Source: Anaeramoeba ignava BMAN (taxonomy: Eukaryota; Protista; Anaeramoebae). Taken from it: a stretch of DNA of 64,000 bases. Position numbers and translations under genes: made by a program. Location: positions 1,178,001 through 1,242,000 of the forward strand of contig JAPDFW010000059.1 in assembly GCA_028826165.1 (NCBI GenBank). Direction: 5' to 3'. The notes below the pieces were generated by a model. It was not told the origin of the DNA. It saw nothing but the letters and a program-made list of their open reading frames with translations, and searched no databases. Shown here piece after piece: positions 38,601 through 50,335 of the stretch. Within the stretch, counting starts at the first letter, position 1. Each line of letters opens with the position of its first letter.

Positions 38601-41274
38601 AATTGCCTAAAAATCATCTTGTCTAAAGGTTGAAGTTGCCCAGTTAAATGAGGAGGAATGAAAAAAACCTCTACTTGATTTTTAAAAGCAAAATCAATAA
38701 AAGTTTTATCTTCATGAACTTTAAAATGATCAAGAAAAAGAGCACATGGAGTGGGAGTGTTAGGTAAAAATACTTCTTTGAACCATTTCATTAGAACTGT
38801 CCTTGTCATCCATGACTTACTATTGGCAAAAAAGGTACAATTTCCTTTAAGATTTGTATTGCTGATATCCTGCTTAATCCATTTAATAACTCTAGAACCT
38901 CCTTTCAAAATGAAAGTTAGTGGAAGATGTTTCCCATCTGCTCCAATGCATCCCACTACTGTGCATCCTTCTTTGGGATTTCCTTTAGATTTAATTTGGG
39001 CTTGCTTTTTTCCCTTTTCTGATACAGTCTTTTTAATCTCAGGTTCGAAAACAATATGAGTTTCATCCATATTAAATACTTGAGAATGGGAATATCTTGC
39101 TTCCAAATCTTTAGTCATTTCTAGAAATTCTTCCACTTCTTTTTTCCCATCAAAATCATCGGGGAAAATTTCATGAATGCATGCTTGTCTTAATGTTAAA
39201 TTATTTCTCTTCATAAATCGATAAATCCAACTTGAATTGATAGACTTTTTTCGAGATGAGAAAAAAAGAGATTTAGCTAACTTCCCAATTTGCTTTGGTG
39301 TAATTGATTCTCCAGCAGAAATATCATCTCGTATTAATTCTAATAATTGATTCTCATCATCTTCTTTCAAAATTCTTTTATTTTTTATATTTGCTTCTAC
39401 TCTTCCATCTTTTGTATTTTCATTCATGGGCTTCTCTCTTTTCCATCTCCAGTAACGAGTTGATAATGCTGAGCGGGAAATATTATATTTTTTGGCATAA
39501 TATGTAATACTTCCCCTTTTCTTTTCTTCTACTTTCTCAAAAATTTTTTTCCAAGGAATATCAACATAATTACGTCTTTTCGATTTTACTTTTGGAGTCT
39601 TCTTTGGATTCTTGTTTGAATTCTTTTTGCATCTGGCCATCACAACAAAAAAACAAAAAGTTATGAAAAAAAAATGAAATTTGAAAAAAAAATGAAATCT
39701 TAAAACTCAAAAACTTGAAAAGTTGGAAAAATAACCCTTGTTGCTTTTTAAATTAAAAAATAGAATTGAAATATTCATAAGAGGATTTATTCATCTTTAA
39801 AAAGAAGAAGTGTCTTTATGTAAGTCAAAAAATCGAACAACAAAGAAAAAAAAATGAAAAAAAAGCATCATTTAATAATGGAGGAATAAAGGAAGGAAAA
39901 AAAAAATAAAATAAATTTTATTATTAAAAAATGAAATCTCAAATGATAGATTTTTTTAACGGTTTTTCTTTTATGATTAAAACGCGAATTTTTTCGCTTT
40001 TGTCGTTATGTATGAAAAAGACAGTATCAAATATCAAATATCAAATATCAAATATCAAATATCAAATATCAAATATTAAATATTAAATATCAAATATTAA
40101 ATATCAAATATAAAATATCAAATATCAAATATCAAATATCAAATATCAAATATCAAATATCAAATATCAAATATCAAATATCAAATATCAAATATCAAAT
40201 ATCAAATATAAATATCAAATATTAAATATCAAATATAAATATCAAATATAAATATCAAATATAATTATAAATATAAATATAAATATCAAATTTTTATTAT
40301 GATTATTAGATTGGCAAGAACATTTTGTAAAGAAGAAATGAATCCAATTCATTACATTTTACAAGATATACAATCTTTATTAATTGAAGTTGGTGCATCT
40401 ATTGCAACTCCACAAAAAAATTCAATAGAAAGAGTGAAAAGAAAAACACATTTCGATGAAAAACACATTAAAAAATTAGAAGATTTAATAGATGAAATTG
40501 ATACAAAACTTCCAAAATTAACAAAATTTATACTTCCTGTATAAATAAATATTAATTAAATAAATATTAAATAAATATTAAATAAATATTAAATAAATAT
40601 TAAATAAATATTAAATAAATATTAATTAAATATTAATTAAATAAATATTAAATAAATATTAAATAAATATTAAATAAATATCAAATAAATATTAAATAAA
40701 TATTAAAATAAATATAAAATATTAAATATTAAATATTAAATAAATATTAATTAAATAATAATAAATATTAAATAAATATTAATTAAATAAATATTAAATA
40801 AATATCCAAATAAATATTAAATATTAAATAAATATTAAATAAATATTAAATAAATATTAAATATTAAATAAATATTAAATAAATATTAAATATTAAATAA
40901 ATATTAAATTAATATTAAATAAATATTAAATAAATATTAAATAAATATTAAATATTAAATTAATATTAAATAAATATAAATTAAATATTAAATAAATATT
41001 AAATAAATATTAAATAAATATTAAGTCTGGTGGAAAATCAAGCTCTTTCTTACATGTATCTCGCTCAGTTTGTAGAAGAGCAGAAAGAAGAATTGTTGCT
41101 TTGGCTGATGATATAGATCCAAATATTCTCAAATTTATTAATAGATTAAGTGATCTTCTATTTCAATTATCAAGACTTTCTGCAAAAAATTATGGAGAAC
41201 CAGAAATTGTTCATAAAAAAGTGGAACAAATTAAAAACATTTTTTTAAAAGAAAAAGAAAAAGAAGAAAAATAA
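35678..41274 (+). CDS. MMAB: PduO/MMAB-type ATP:cob(I)alamin adenosyltransferase with N-terminal presequence; exons 35678-35967, 40310-40538, 41026-41274
   Basis: [40 protein letters not shown]; FILP|[17 protein letters not shown]; [14 protein letters not shown]. Confidence 0.92.
37594..40024 (-). mobile_element. Full-length pogo-type (Tc1/mariner superfamily) DNA transposon, 2431 bp
   Basis: 25-bp TIRs CTGTCTTTTT(T/C)ATACATAACGACAA at 37594-37618 and 40000-40024 (one mismatch); TA target-site duplication at 37592-37593 and 40025-40026; subterminal repeat CATACATTACGACAA at 37621. Confidence 0.95.
37925..39640 (-). CDS. pogo-like transposase (HTH + CENP-B-type HTH + DDE_1, DD35D)
   Basis: Uninterrupted ORF of about 571 aa; [15 protein letters not shown]; catalytic motifs [23 protein letters not shown] with 35 residues between the last two Asp. 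Confidence 0.92.
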   Translation of the reverse strand: MARCKKNSNKNPKKTPKVKSKRRNYVDIPWKKIFEKVEEKKRGSITYYAKKYNISRSALSTRYWRWKREKPMNENTKDGRVEANIKNKRILKEDDENQLLELIRDDISAGESITPKQIGKLAKSLFFSSRKKSINSSWIYRFMKRNNLTLRQACIHEIFPDDFDGKKEVEEFLEMTKDLEARYSHSQVFNMDETHIVFEPEIKKTVSEKGKKQAQIKSKGNPKEGCTVVGCIGADGKHLPLTFILKGGSRVIKWIKQDISNTNLKGNCTFFANSKSWMTRTVLMKWFKEVFLPNTPTPCALFLDHFKVHEDKTFIDFAFKNQVEVFFIPPHLTGQLQPLDKMIFRQFKFKYQDELEEEILSEDSLRIKRLKVTKACFSAWNKIEAHLFARAFRKTGIIHDNLDSFDEKSVMDFIETHSVKKIEATEKENLNKEKIEEKNESVPTKLNLEMEIVNSDEIPQTHFEEVPIKESFDCKKTNNSKNQRSKKILLKRKIIRSILKRKLTLTQIPPKIGFEKDSSIEITQNKFGYEENTEPNGEDNQELFPLIKKTYEQLLSFPITKKTSMGRDCFG

Positions 41275-41371
41275 TTTTGAAATTAAAAGGGAAAAATTGA
41301 AAAAAAAATTTTTTTTCATTTTTTTAAAAATCATTTTTCTTTTCAATTTTAGATTTTCTATTAAAAAAAAA

Positions 41372-41866
41372 ATGACAAGTTATTTTATTGCAGGAATAAT
41401 GCAAGGAAGTATTTTAACAAGTGAAATACATCCACAAGAATATAGAGATTTCACTAAAAAATTAATTTTAAAATATGATCCTGAAGCAATAGTTTATGAT
41501 CCTTTTGATGATTTTAAAGAATCAAATGTCGAAATTGAAACAATCCAAAAAATTTTTGAAGGAAATGTTGAAAAAGCAAAAAATTGTGATATTGTAATTG
41601 CTTATATTCCAAAAGCTTCAATGGGAACAGCGATTGAAATTTTTGAAGCGAAAAAAAATGGAGTTTGTTTTAATTTTTAATTTTTTAATTTTTTAATTTT
41701 TAATTTTTAATTTTTTAATTTGTTTTTTAATTAGAAAATTGTTTTGGTTGTTTCAGAATTAGTTAAAAATTGGGTTGTTAGACTTTATTCAGATCAAATT
41801 TTCCCTAATTTTGATAAATTAGAAAATTATTTAAAAGAAAAAGCAGAAGAAAGAAATAAGAAATAA
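41372..41866 (+). CDS. Nucleoside 2-deoxyribosyltransferase-like (NDT/DNPH1-fold) protein, 140 aa; intron 41663-41734
   Basis: YFIAG, VYDP, CDIVIAY..ASMGTAIEIFEA (GT-x-x-E nucleophile motif), KIVLVVS; in-frame phase-0 GT-AG intron. Confidence 0.75.
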
Positions 41867-41960
41867 GAAATAAAAAGCAAAAAATTTTTTTTTAAAAGAA
41901 TAAATAAAATAAATTTTTTTTTTCATTTTTTTTTTCAATTAAAAAATCTTTTTAAATCAA

Positions 41961-44900
41961 ATGGGACAAAAAAATACAAAAAAATCTGTTAATATTCAAA
42001 CAGAAAAAGAGAGATTTGAGAATAATTTTATCAAAACACCACGATATTCACTTCATATTTCAACAGACAAATGCACATATAAACCCGGAGAAACAGTGTA
42101 TTTCCGAGGAATATTATTAGATGCATTCAATCACAAACCAATATTGAAACAAGAAAATTCATTTGGTAATCCATATATGAAAATTCTTAGTCCGAAAGAA
42201 GATGTTATTCTTGAACAATCAATTTCCAAAAACGAAAAAAGCGTCTATTCCACAAATTGGGCAATACCAGATGATTCAGTGGGAGGAGAATATAAAATGC
42301 AAATTTATCATAAATATGGGAAAGGAATACCAATAGCCGAAAGGGGATTCACAGTGAGAGTTTTCAGACCACCAAGACTAAAATCAGAACTTGAGTTTAT
42401 CCAAAAAGCTTATGGAGCAGGTGATGAAGTAAAAGCAAGTTTATTCGTAGAAAGGGCTGAAGGCGGTTTCCCTGAAGGTGCAAATGTGACCGCTATTGCA
42501 AGACTTGATAATCAAGAAATTTATAGAGGAGATTATGTTCTTGATAAAAACGGGAAATGTATTGTTTCTTTTAAATTGCCCTTGGAAATCAAAGAAGGAA
42601 TCGGTAATTTGAATTGTTCTATTGTTGATGGTGGTGTTAGTGAAAATGCTTCGAAAACTTTGCCTGTTGTGTTGAAAAAAATGGATGTCAGAATATATCC
42701 AGAAGGCGGAGAAATAATTTATGGATTGAAATGCGGTGTTTATTTCGAAGCTGTTACACCAACAGGAAAACCAGCTGATTTCGAAGGAAAACTAATTTGT
42801 TCAAAAGAGGATCAAATCAATGAAAATATCGAAAGTAAAAAACAAAAACAACAAAAACAAAATTTTTTTTTTTGATATTTTGAAAAACTAATCCAAAAAT
42901 CAATTTTTTATTCCGAATTAGTTAAAACAATCCATGAAGGAAGAGGTAAATTTGAATTCACTCCACAACCAGAAATCAAGTATTCAATCCAAATCATAAA
43001 ACCAAGTGGAGTAACTATTCCTGTCCAATTACCTCCAATCAAAACACAAGGTGTTTCTTTAATCTCAAACAAAAAAGCATTTGGATTTGATGAGAATGTT
43101 TCAGTCACAATATCATCATCAGAAGCAGAGGAATATATTGTTATTGCTTACAAAAGAGAAAAAGAAATAACAAGAAAAGAAGTTGTATTTGAAAAACAAA
43201 AAGAAAAACAGGTTTTGGAACTTGAAACAAAGGAAAACGACGGGATTTTGAGGATTACTATTCTTAAGAAAAAAGATTTGACTCCGATTGCAGAAAGAAT
43301 TGTGTTTGTTCAACCAACCGACGAAATAGTATTTGAAATTGAAAGCGATAAAAAGGCATATTGTCCAGGAGATACAGTTGAATTAACAATAACTTCAAAA
43401 ACAAAATCAGGAAATCCGATAGAAACTGATTTCGGAATAACAGTCTCAGATGATAGTGTATTTAAAATGACTGAAAAAAGAGAAAGACCCCCAAGATTAC
43501 CAGCAATGTATTTTCTTGAAAACGAAGTTGAACATCTTGAAGACTGCCAAATTTATCTTTCTCCAGAACAAGAAGAATCTAATGAGAACAATGATAATGA
43601 GGAAAAACAAGAAAAATACACAGAATTAGATCTTTTATTGGGAACACAAGGTTGGAGAAGATTTATCAAAATTGATGAAAGTATCATGGATAATTTAACT
43701 GATAAAAGAATCGGACAAATATTTGTTATGTATTGTGATAAGCAAATTATTGAAGACCAGAGAATGGAAGAAGCAGTAACCAAAAGAAGAAAAGAAAAAA
43801 GAGGTCAAAAAAAATTTGCAAAAAGAGAAATAATGGAGGATCTTTGTTTGGCAGGTGAAATTCAAGAGGAGTTTGTGGATAAATTAGAAGTAAGAAACGA
43901 AGAAATTTTTGAAGAAAAAGAAAAAGAAAATGAAAATGAAAATGAAAATGAAAAAGAAAGAGAAGAAGTTTTTGAAGAAAATGAAAAAGAAGAAGTTTTT
44001 GAAGATAAAGATATGGAAATCAATGGAGAAATTGAAGCTCCTCCACAAGAAGAAATGATAGCTGATGGAATATTTCCAATGGCAATCCCAGTTGCTATGG
44101 AAAAAGAAATTGCTTTTGATATGGATATGGATTTTGAAGATATGGCAGATGAACAAGAAATGAAAAAAATCGATTGGAGAAAAAGAGATTTGGAAATGAT
44201 CCCGGACATACCATTTGTTAGGGAGTTTGCGCATAGAAGAAACCCAAACAGAAAACCTGGCGAAAGAAATGATTTTATCGATACTCTTTTTTATTCTCCT
44301 TATATTCATACTAACAAAAAAGACGGCAAATTTCTAAACAAAATCCAATTTGATCTCAATGATTCCGTTTCTTCATTCAGAGTCTTTATTGATGGATTCA
44401 GTTCAAACGGATTACTTGGATTTTCTGAAAGTTTTGTTGTTGATTCAAAAGAACCTTTTTATTTAGAACCAAAATTCCCACTTGAAGTTTCATTTGGAGA
44501 TGAAATCATTCTTCCCGTTTCTCTTGTTAATTCGCTTCCAAATGATATGGATCTCTCACTCAAAACTGAATTATTAAGTAAAGCATTATCGATTCAAGGA
44601 GACGCGGAATGGGAAGGAAAATTGAAATCGGAAGAAAGAACCAAGAAATTGTTCAATTTGAAAGTTAGTCAAACACTTGAAAAAGCGAAACTAAAAATTA
44701 GTGGGAATGATAAAAACAACCCATCCATAAAAGATCAAGTAACACGAGAAATTGAAGTAAAACCTGCTGGATTCCCATTATCACTTGATTTGAGTGGGGT
44801 ACTACAACCAGATTCAACAGAAACTCAGAAAATATCGATTCCAGATGAGATTATTGAAGGGAGTATCACAACATATTGCAGTGTTTTTCCATCTCCCATC

Positions 44901-46439
44901 GCTAATTTAACTGAATCTCTCAAATCATTTATCAAGGAACCATGCGGATGCTTTGAACAAACCTCGATGACTGTTTATCCTTTAACAATGGCACAACAAT
45001 ATTTCAAATCACATACTGGAGTGGATCCAAGTTTCATTATCCAATCGAATGAGCAACTGGAAAAAGGATATAAGAGATTAATTGGATACGAATGCAAACT
45101 GGGAGGATACGAGTGGTTTGGAGGAGATCCAGCTCATGAAGCATTAACTGCAATGGGAATAATGGAATTTACTGATTTATCATATGTTTTCCCTGTTGAC
45201 CAAGAAATGCTCAAAAGAACAACAACATGGGTTTTGTCGCGAATAAACAAAACCAAAGGAGTTTTTGAGAGGGATTCACAAGCTCTGGATTATTTCGGAA
45301 GCGCCCCACCGCATACAACAGATGCTTATATTACTTGGGCTTTATCCGAAGCAAAAATCGGATATCAAGAGTTGAAAAGTGTTGTTGATAATCTAATCAG
45401 CAAAAGCAAAGATGAATTTAAAGACGATTCGTATTTTGTCTCATTAGTTTCATTGATACTATTTAATTTTGGATTTAAAGAGCAATCGTTTGAATTATCA
45501 CAGCATTTAACAACACTCCAAAACAACGAAACAGCAGACTTGAAAGAAAAGGGGCATTTAACAAAAGCTCAAACTTCAATCACAAGTTCATCAGGTTTTA
45601 ATTTGAAAATGGAAACCACATCATTGAGCGTTCTTTCCTGGCTCAATTTTGCAGATCAATTCCCAGAAAATATTGAAGATGCAATGCAATATATCACTTC
45701 GAATTGCAAAGGAGGAAACTTTGGATCAACTCAGTCAACTGTATTGGCATTAAAAGCAATCATGAAATATGATCTCTATTCAGCAAAAGCAACAAAAGAA
45801 GGATCCATTGAACTGATAATCAATGAAGAATCAGTTGAGGCACTGGGATTTATTCCTGACCAAAAAGGAGCTATGATATTCCCAGATTTTTCCCAATTTC
45901 TAACAAAAGGAAAAGAGAATCTAATCGAATTAAAAATGATCGATGGTTCAAAAATGCCTTTTGTTATTCAAATCTCACTAACAACTCCAAAACCTAATTC
46001 CGATTTAAATTGCCAAGTTGATCTTGCAACAAAATTGATTTCAGCAAATGAAAATGATAAAGAAACACAAATCAATCAAATCAAACAAGGTGAAGCAACA
46101 GAAATTGAAATTATTATGACAAACAAAACTGACAAAGGAATACCAATGAGTGTCGCAATTATTGGAATTCCGGGAGGATTAGAAGTGAGATACGAACAAT
46201 TAAAAGAACTAGTCACGAAAGGAATTGTAGCTTCATTTGAAATGATTGGTGCAAGAGAAATCGTGTTCTATTGGAGAGCAATGAAACCTAAAGAAATTAT
46301 CAAGTTTAATATTGATGTTATTGCAACTGTTCCAGGAATTTATTCAGGTCCATCTTCAAGAGCTTATCTTTATTACACAAATGATGAAAAGATTTGGAAT
46401 GAATCACTTAAAATTGAAATTCTTCCAGATGAAAAATAA
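41961..46439 (+). CDS. Alpha-2-macroglobulin / thioester-containing protein (about 1463 aa); one intron 42835-42921
   Basis: MG domain STDKCTYKPGETVYFR; F/YPEGG motif; SDKKAYCPGDTV; acidic bait-like region; thioester motif PCGCFEQT; GNFGSTQSTVLAL; C-terminal ATVPGIYSGPSSRAYLYY. Splicing joins the two ORFs in frame (IE|IKTIHEGRG). Confidence 0.9.
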
Positions 46440-46542
46440 TCAAAACAAATTCATCCAAAATCACTTTCCAAAAATTTTTTTTTCATTTTTTTTCCTCTTT
46501 CTCTTTTTCAAAAATAAAAAAATAATAAAAAAAAAAAGTAAA

Positions 46543-48309
46543 ATGAATGAAATTTTATTTTTTGGAAGAAATCAATCACCAAAACTTATTAAAAATGAAC
46601 CAAAAAAAATAACAAAACCAATTCAATTTAAATTTGAAAATGAAAATGAAAATCAAATTAAACAAATTTCATCAAGTTTTTTTTCAACAATTTTCCTTTT
46701 TAAAAATGGAAAAGCAATAGAATATCTAAATGAAAATGATTCAAAACAAAATCCTGAAAAAATCCAAATTGAAGAAAATATTCAAAAAGTAACTGTTGGT
46801 GATCAAAATGAAGCTATTTTAACAATAGAAGGAAATGTATTTGCCAGTGGAGAAGATATTAATCCAAATAATCCAAATGAATTTATTAATATTTCATCAT
46901 TAATTGAAGATACAAATGATAGAGTAATTCAAGATATTGTTTGTGGAGCTGATTCAATTTACTTATTAACTTCAAATCAAAATGCTTATGGAATTGGTTC
47001 AAATTATTATGGTCAACTTGGTCTAGATTCTTATTCGGTTAAAAAAACAGAAAAACCAATTTTAATGATGAAAAATGTTTATAAAATATTTTCAGGAAAT
47101 AACTCAAATTCTGTTTTTCTTTTAAATTCAAATCAAGAATTATTTGGATGCGGATATAATTATTATGGTGAACTTGGATTAGGAGAATCAAGAAAAGAAA
47201 CAAAAATCCAAAAATTAACCAAAATCCAAAATATTCCAAAAGGTAAAATAATTGATATTCAATGTGGAAGTTTATATTCAATAATGTTGATTGAAAATCA
47301 AAATAAAAATCCAAAAAGAAAACTTTATTCAACTGGAGATTCTAAATATCTTGAACTTGGCAAAAATCAAAAAATTTATGAATTTACTGAAATCAAATCA
47401 TCTTTATTTGAAAATGATGATAATATTCTTGATTTTTCTGTTGGCTTCTCTCATACTTTGATTTTAACATCAAAAGGGAAATTAATTGGATTTGGGAATA
47501 ATCAATATGGTCAATTAGGAAATGGAGTTACAAATAATAAATTAATTCTAATTCCAATTCAAATTGAACTTCCTAAATTAAGATTTAATGAAGATATTTC
47601 TAATTATCATATTTCTTGTGGATATCACAAATCATTTCTTTATTATTCTTTTCATTCTTTTTCCAATCTTGAAGAAGATTTGATAAAACTATTTGAAAGA
47701 AAAGAATTTTGTGATATTTCATTTAAAACCGAAAATGGAGAAATAATCAAAGCTCATAAATTAATATTGAAATATAGATTAAATCAAAATCAAAATCAAA
47801 ATCAAAAACTTCAAGAAATTATTTCAAATAAATCAATTAAAGAATCAAATCAAATATTTGAAATGATTTATTCAAACAGAATAATAAATCCAAAATTATA
47901 TTTTGAAATTAAAGAAATTATAAATTCAAATGAAAAAATTGAAGAAATAATGAAAAGAATTTATTTAAATGAAAATGAAAAAGATTTTATTATTGAAAGA
48001 AAAGAAAAACAATATAAATTTCCAAAATTAATATTAATAATGAGAAGTGAATTATATCGAGGAATGTTTTTATCTGTTACAAATGATAAATCTAATAAAG
48101 TTACAGATTATAGTGAATTAAGTAATAAATCATTTCAAATACTTGAATATTGGATTTATTCAAATCAAATTAAAGAAGGAATTCAAATTACACAAGAAAT
48201 AATTGATGAAATTAAAATTGGAATTGATTATTTTCAATTAAATGAAACAAATCCAAATTTATTTGATTTATTAATTAACAAATTTAATAATCAAAAAAAA
48301 TTAAAATAA
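46543..48309 (+). CDS. RCC1-repeat + BTB-like protein, tandem copy 1
   Basis: GSNYYGQLG, CGYNYYGELG, VGFSHTLILT..FGNNQYGQLG; CDISFKTENGEIIKAHKLIL; ILIMRSELYRGMF; true start 46543 follows an Inr-like motif. Confidence 0.9.
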   Translation: MNEILFFGRNQSPKLIKNEPKKITKPIQFKFENENENQIKQISSSFFSTIFLFKNGKAIEYLNENDSKQNPEKIQIEENIQKVTVGDQNEAILTIEGNVFASGEDINPNNPNEFINISSLIEDTNDRVIQDIVCGADSIYLLTSNQNAYGIGSNYYGQLGLDSYSVKKTEKPILMMKNVYKIFSGNNSNSVFLLNSNQELFGCGYNYYGELGLGESRKETKIQKLTKIQNIPKGKIIDIQCGSLYSIMLIENQNKNPKRKLYSTGDSKYLELGKNQKIYEFTEIKSSLFENDDNILDFSVGFSHTLILTSKGKLIGFGNNQYGQLGNGVTNNKLILIPIQIELPKLRFNEDISNYHISCGYHKSFLYYSFHSFSNLEEDLIKLFERKEFCDISFKTENGEIIKAHKLILKYRLNQNQNQNQKLQEIISNKSIKESNQIFEMIYSNRIINPKLYFEIKEIINSNEKIEEIMKRIYLNENEKDFIIERKEKQYKFPKLILIMRSELYRGMFLSVTNDKSNKVTDYSELSNKSFQILEYWIYSNQIKEGIQITQEIIDEIKIGIDYFQLNETNPNLFDLLINKFNNQKKLK

Positions 48310-48387
48310 AAAAAATAAAATGAAAAAATTCAAATTCAAAATTAAAATTTTTCAAAATTATTTTTTTCATTTTTTTCTTTTCAAAAA

Positions 48388-50199
48388 ATGAATGAAATTT
48401 TATTTTTTGGTTCAAATTATTCAAAAATTTTCAAAAATAAACCAAATGAAATAACAAAACCAATTCAATTTAAATTTGAAAATGAAAATGAAAATGAAAA
48501 ACAAATTAAACAAATTTCATCAGGAAGTTATTCAACAATTTTCCTTTTTAAAAATGGAAAAGCAATAGAATATTCAAAAGAAGATGATTCAAATCAAAAT
48601 CCTGAAAAAATCCAAATTGAAGAAAATATTCAAAAAGTAACTGTTGGTGATCAAAATGAAGCTATTTTAACAATAGAAGGAAATGTATTTGCCAGTGGAG
48701 AAGATATCAATCCAAATAATCCAAATGAATTCATCAATATTTCATCATTAATTGAAGATAAAAATGATAGAGTAATTCAAGATATTGTTTGTGGAGCTGA
48801 TTCAATTTACTTAATAACTTCAAATCAAAATGCTTATGGAATTGGTTCAAATGATTATGGTCAACTTGGTTTAGATTCTAAAACACTTAAAAGAACAGAA
48901 AAACCAATTTTAATGATGAAAAATGTTTCTAAAATATTTTCAGGAAATAACTCAAATTCTGTTTTTCTTTTAAATTCAAATCAAGAATTATTTGGATGCG
49001 GATATAATTATTATGGTGAACTTGGATTAGGAGAATCAAGAAAAGAAACAAAAATCCAAAAATTAACCAAAATCCAAAATATTCCAAAAGGTAAAATAAT
49101 TGATATTCAATGTGGAAGTTTATATTCAATAATGTTGATTGAAAATCAAAATAAAAATCCAAAAAGAAAAATTTATTCAACTGGAGATTCTAAATATCTT
49201 GAACTTGGCAAAAATCAAAAAATTTATGAATTTACTGAAATCAAATCATCTTTATTTGAAAATGATAATATTCTTGATTTTTCTGTTGGCTTCTCTCATA
49301 CTTTGATTTTAACATCAAAAGGGAAATTAATTGGATTTGGGAATAATCAATATGGTCAATTAGGAAATGGAGTTACAAATAATAAATTAATTCTAATTCC
49401 AATTCAAATTGAACTTCCTAAATTAAGATTTAATGAAGATATTTCTAATTATCATCTTTCTTGTGGATATCACAAATCATTTCTTTATTATTCTTTTCAT
49501 TCTTTTTCCAATCTTGAAGAAGACTTGATAAAATTATTTAGAAGAAAAGAATTTTGTGATATTTCATTTAAAACCGAAAATGGAGAAATAATCAAAGCTC
49601 ATAAATTAATATTGAAATATAGATTAAATCAAAATCAAAATCAAAATCAAAAACTTCAAGAAATTATTTCAAATAAATCAATTAAAGAATCAAATCAAAT
49701 ATTTGAAATGATTTATTCAAACAGAATAACAAATCCAAAATTATATTCAGAAATTAAAGAAATTATAAATTCCAATGAAAAAATAGAAGAAACAATTAAA
49801 AGAATTTATTTAAATGAAAATGAAAAAGATTTTATTATTGAAAGAAAAGAAAAACAATATAAATTTCCTAAATTAATATTAATAATGAGAAGTGAATTAT
49901 ATCGAGGAATGTTTTTATCTGTAACTGAAGATAAATCAAATAAAGTTACAGATTATAGTGAATTAAGTAATAAATCATTTCAAATATTTGAATATTGGAT
50001 TTATTCAAATCAAATTAAAGATGAAATTGAAATTACACAAGAAATAATTGAAGAAATTCAAATTGGAATTGATTATTTTCAATTAAATCAAACAAATCCA
50101 AATTTATTTGATTTATTAATTAACAAATTTAATAATCAAAATTGGAATCAAAATCAAAATCAAAATCAAAAAAAGAAAGAAAAATGTTTGATTTTTTAA
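48388..50199 (+). CDS. RCC1-repeat + BTB-like protein, tandem copy 2, with polybasic + CaaX tail (KKKEKCLIF)
   Basis: As copy 1; ends in CLIF. Confidence 0.9.
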   Translation: MNEILFFGSNYSKIFKNKPNEITKPIQFKFENENENEKQIKQISSGSYSTIFLFKNGKAIEYSKEDDSNQNPEKIQIEENIQKVTVGDQNEAILTIEGNVFASGEDINPNNPNEFINISSLIEDKNDRVIQDIVCGADSIYLITSNQNAYGIGSNDYGQLGLDSKTLKRTEKPILMMKNVSKIFSGNNSNSVFLLNSNQELFGCGYNYYGELGLGESRKETKIQKLTKIQNIPKGKIIDIQCGSLYSIMLIENQNKNPKRKIYSTGDSKYLELGKNQKIYEFTEIKSSLFENDNILDFSVGFSHTLILTSKGKLIGFGNNQYGQLGNGVTNNKLILIPIQIELPKLRFNEDISNYHLSCGYHKSFLYYSFHSFSNLEEDLIKLFRRKEFCDISFKTENGEIIKAHKLILKYRLNQNQNQNQKLQEIISNKSIKESNQIFEMIYSNRITNPKLYSEIKEIINSNEKIEETIKRIYLNENEKDFIIERKEKQYKFPKLILIMRSELYRGMFLSVTEDKSNKVTDYSELSNKSFQIFEYWIYSNQIKDEIEITQEIIEEIQIGIDYFQLNQTNPNLFDLLINKFNNQNWNQNQNQNQKKKEKCLIF

Positions 50200-50335
50200 A
50201 AAAGAAATAATTAATGAAATTCAAATTCAAATTAAAATTAAAATTAAAATTTAAAATCAAAATTAAAATCAAAATTAAAATTTAAATTTAAATTAAAATC
50301 CAAAATTATTTTTTTCATTTTTTTTCTTTTCAAAA

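Larger units (their letters stand above)
35970..40290 (+). repeat. (AAATATC)n heptamer array forming MMAB intron 1, interrupted by the transposon
   Basis: Array present on both sides of the element (35970-37591 and 40025-40290). Confidence 0.9.

Noticed and set aside
42835-43214. Apparent frameshift or split in the A2M-like gene
   Set aside because: Resolved by an 87-nt GT-AG intron (42835-42921) with an ACTAAT branch-like motif
46312-46542. N-terminal extension of the 665-aa ORF overlapping the A2M gene
   Set aside because: Paralogs start at MNEILFFG and an Inr-like motif precedes 46543; the extension is an ORF-caller artefact
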